This document shows, one piece after another, positions 43,691 through 43,691 of a stretch of DNA of 43,691 nt. The stretch's first letter is position 1. Every line of letters begins with the position of its first letter. A program made the position numbers and the translations under genes. The DNA lies in assembly GCA_963833095.1 (NCBI GenBank), contig CAWHWQ010000006.1, positions 1-43,691 on the forward strand, read 5' to 3'. The notes beneath the pieces are model-generated. The model ran no database searches, had not been told where the DNA came from, and worked only from the letters and a program-made list of their open reading frames with translations. Source of the stretch: Vulcanimicrobiota bacterium. GTDB lineage: Bacteria; Vulcanimicrobiota; Vulcanimicrobiia; Vulcanimicrobiales; Vulcanimicrobiaceae.

Positions 43691-43691
43691 C

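Overview
A GC-rich bacterial chromosomal window that is mostly housekeeping genes, with small accessory patches next to tRNA genes. The mix of outer-membrane beta-barrels and Firmicutes-like operons suggests a diderm Terrabacterium such as Eremiobacterota/Vulcanimicrobiota; this is inference, not a search result. Core content: rapZ-yvcK, cbs plus a cystathionine gamma-lyase/synthase, a GH35 glycosidase, aroA, topoisomerase IB, tadA, six tRNAs (Leu-CAA, Ser-CGA, Arg-CCG, a non-initiator CAT tRNA, Arg-ACG, Ser-GCT), and a long minus-strand operon (nfeD-floA-orf-phoH-ybeY-dgkA-hemolysin-cdd-recO-ruvX-mltG-DUF1292-glycolipid synthase-doxX). Most notable observations: (1) a five-gene GT2 / beta-helix / deacetylase / YaiO-type barrel operon that looks like an uncharacterised surface-glycan synthesis and export system; (2) four genes of one operon whose family-typical N-termini require non-canonical starts (CTG, ATT, ATA, ATT); (3) an apparently leaderless promoter with a DtxR/MntR-like operator driving a CxxCH-haem barrel protein plus YceI; (4) back-to-back SigB/SigF-type promoters beside topoisomerase IB; (5) a shared two-hairpin motif directly 5' of two different tRNAs. 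Two genes are frameshifted, possibly from assembly indels. I saw no CRISPR array, integrase or transposase.
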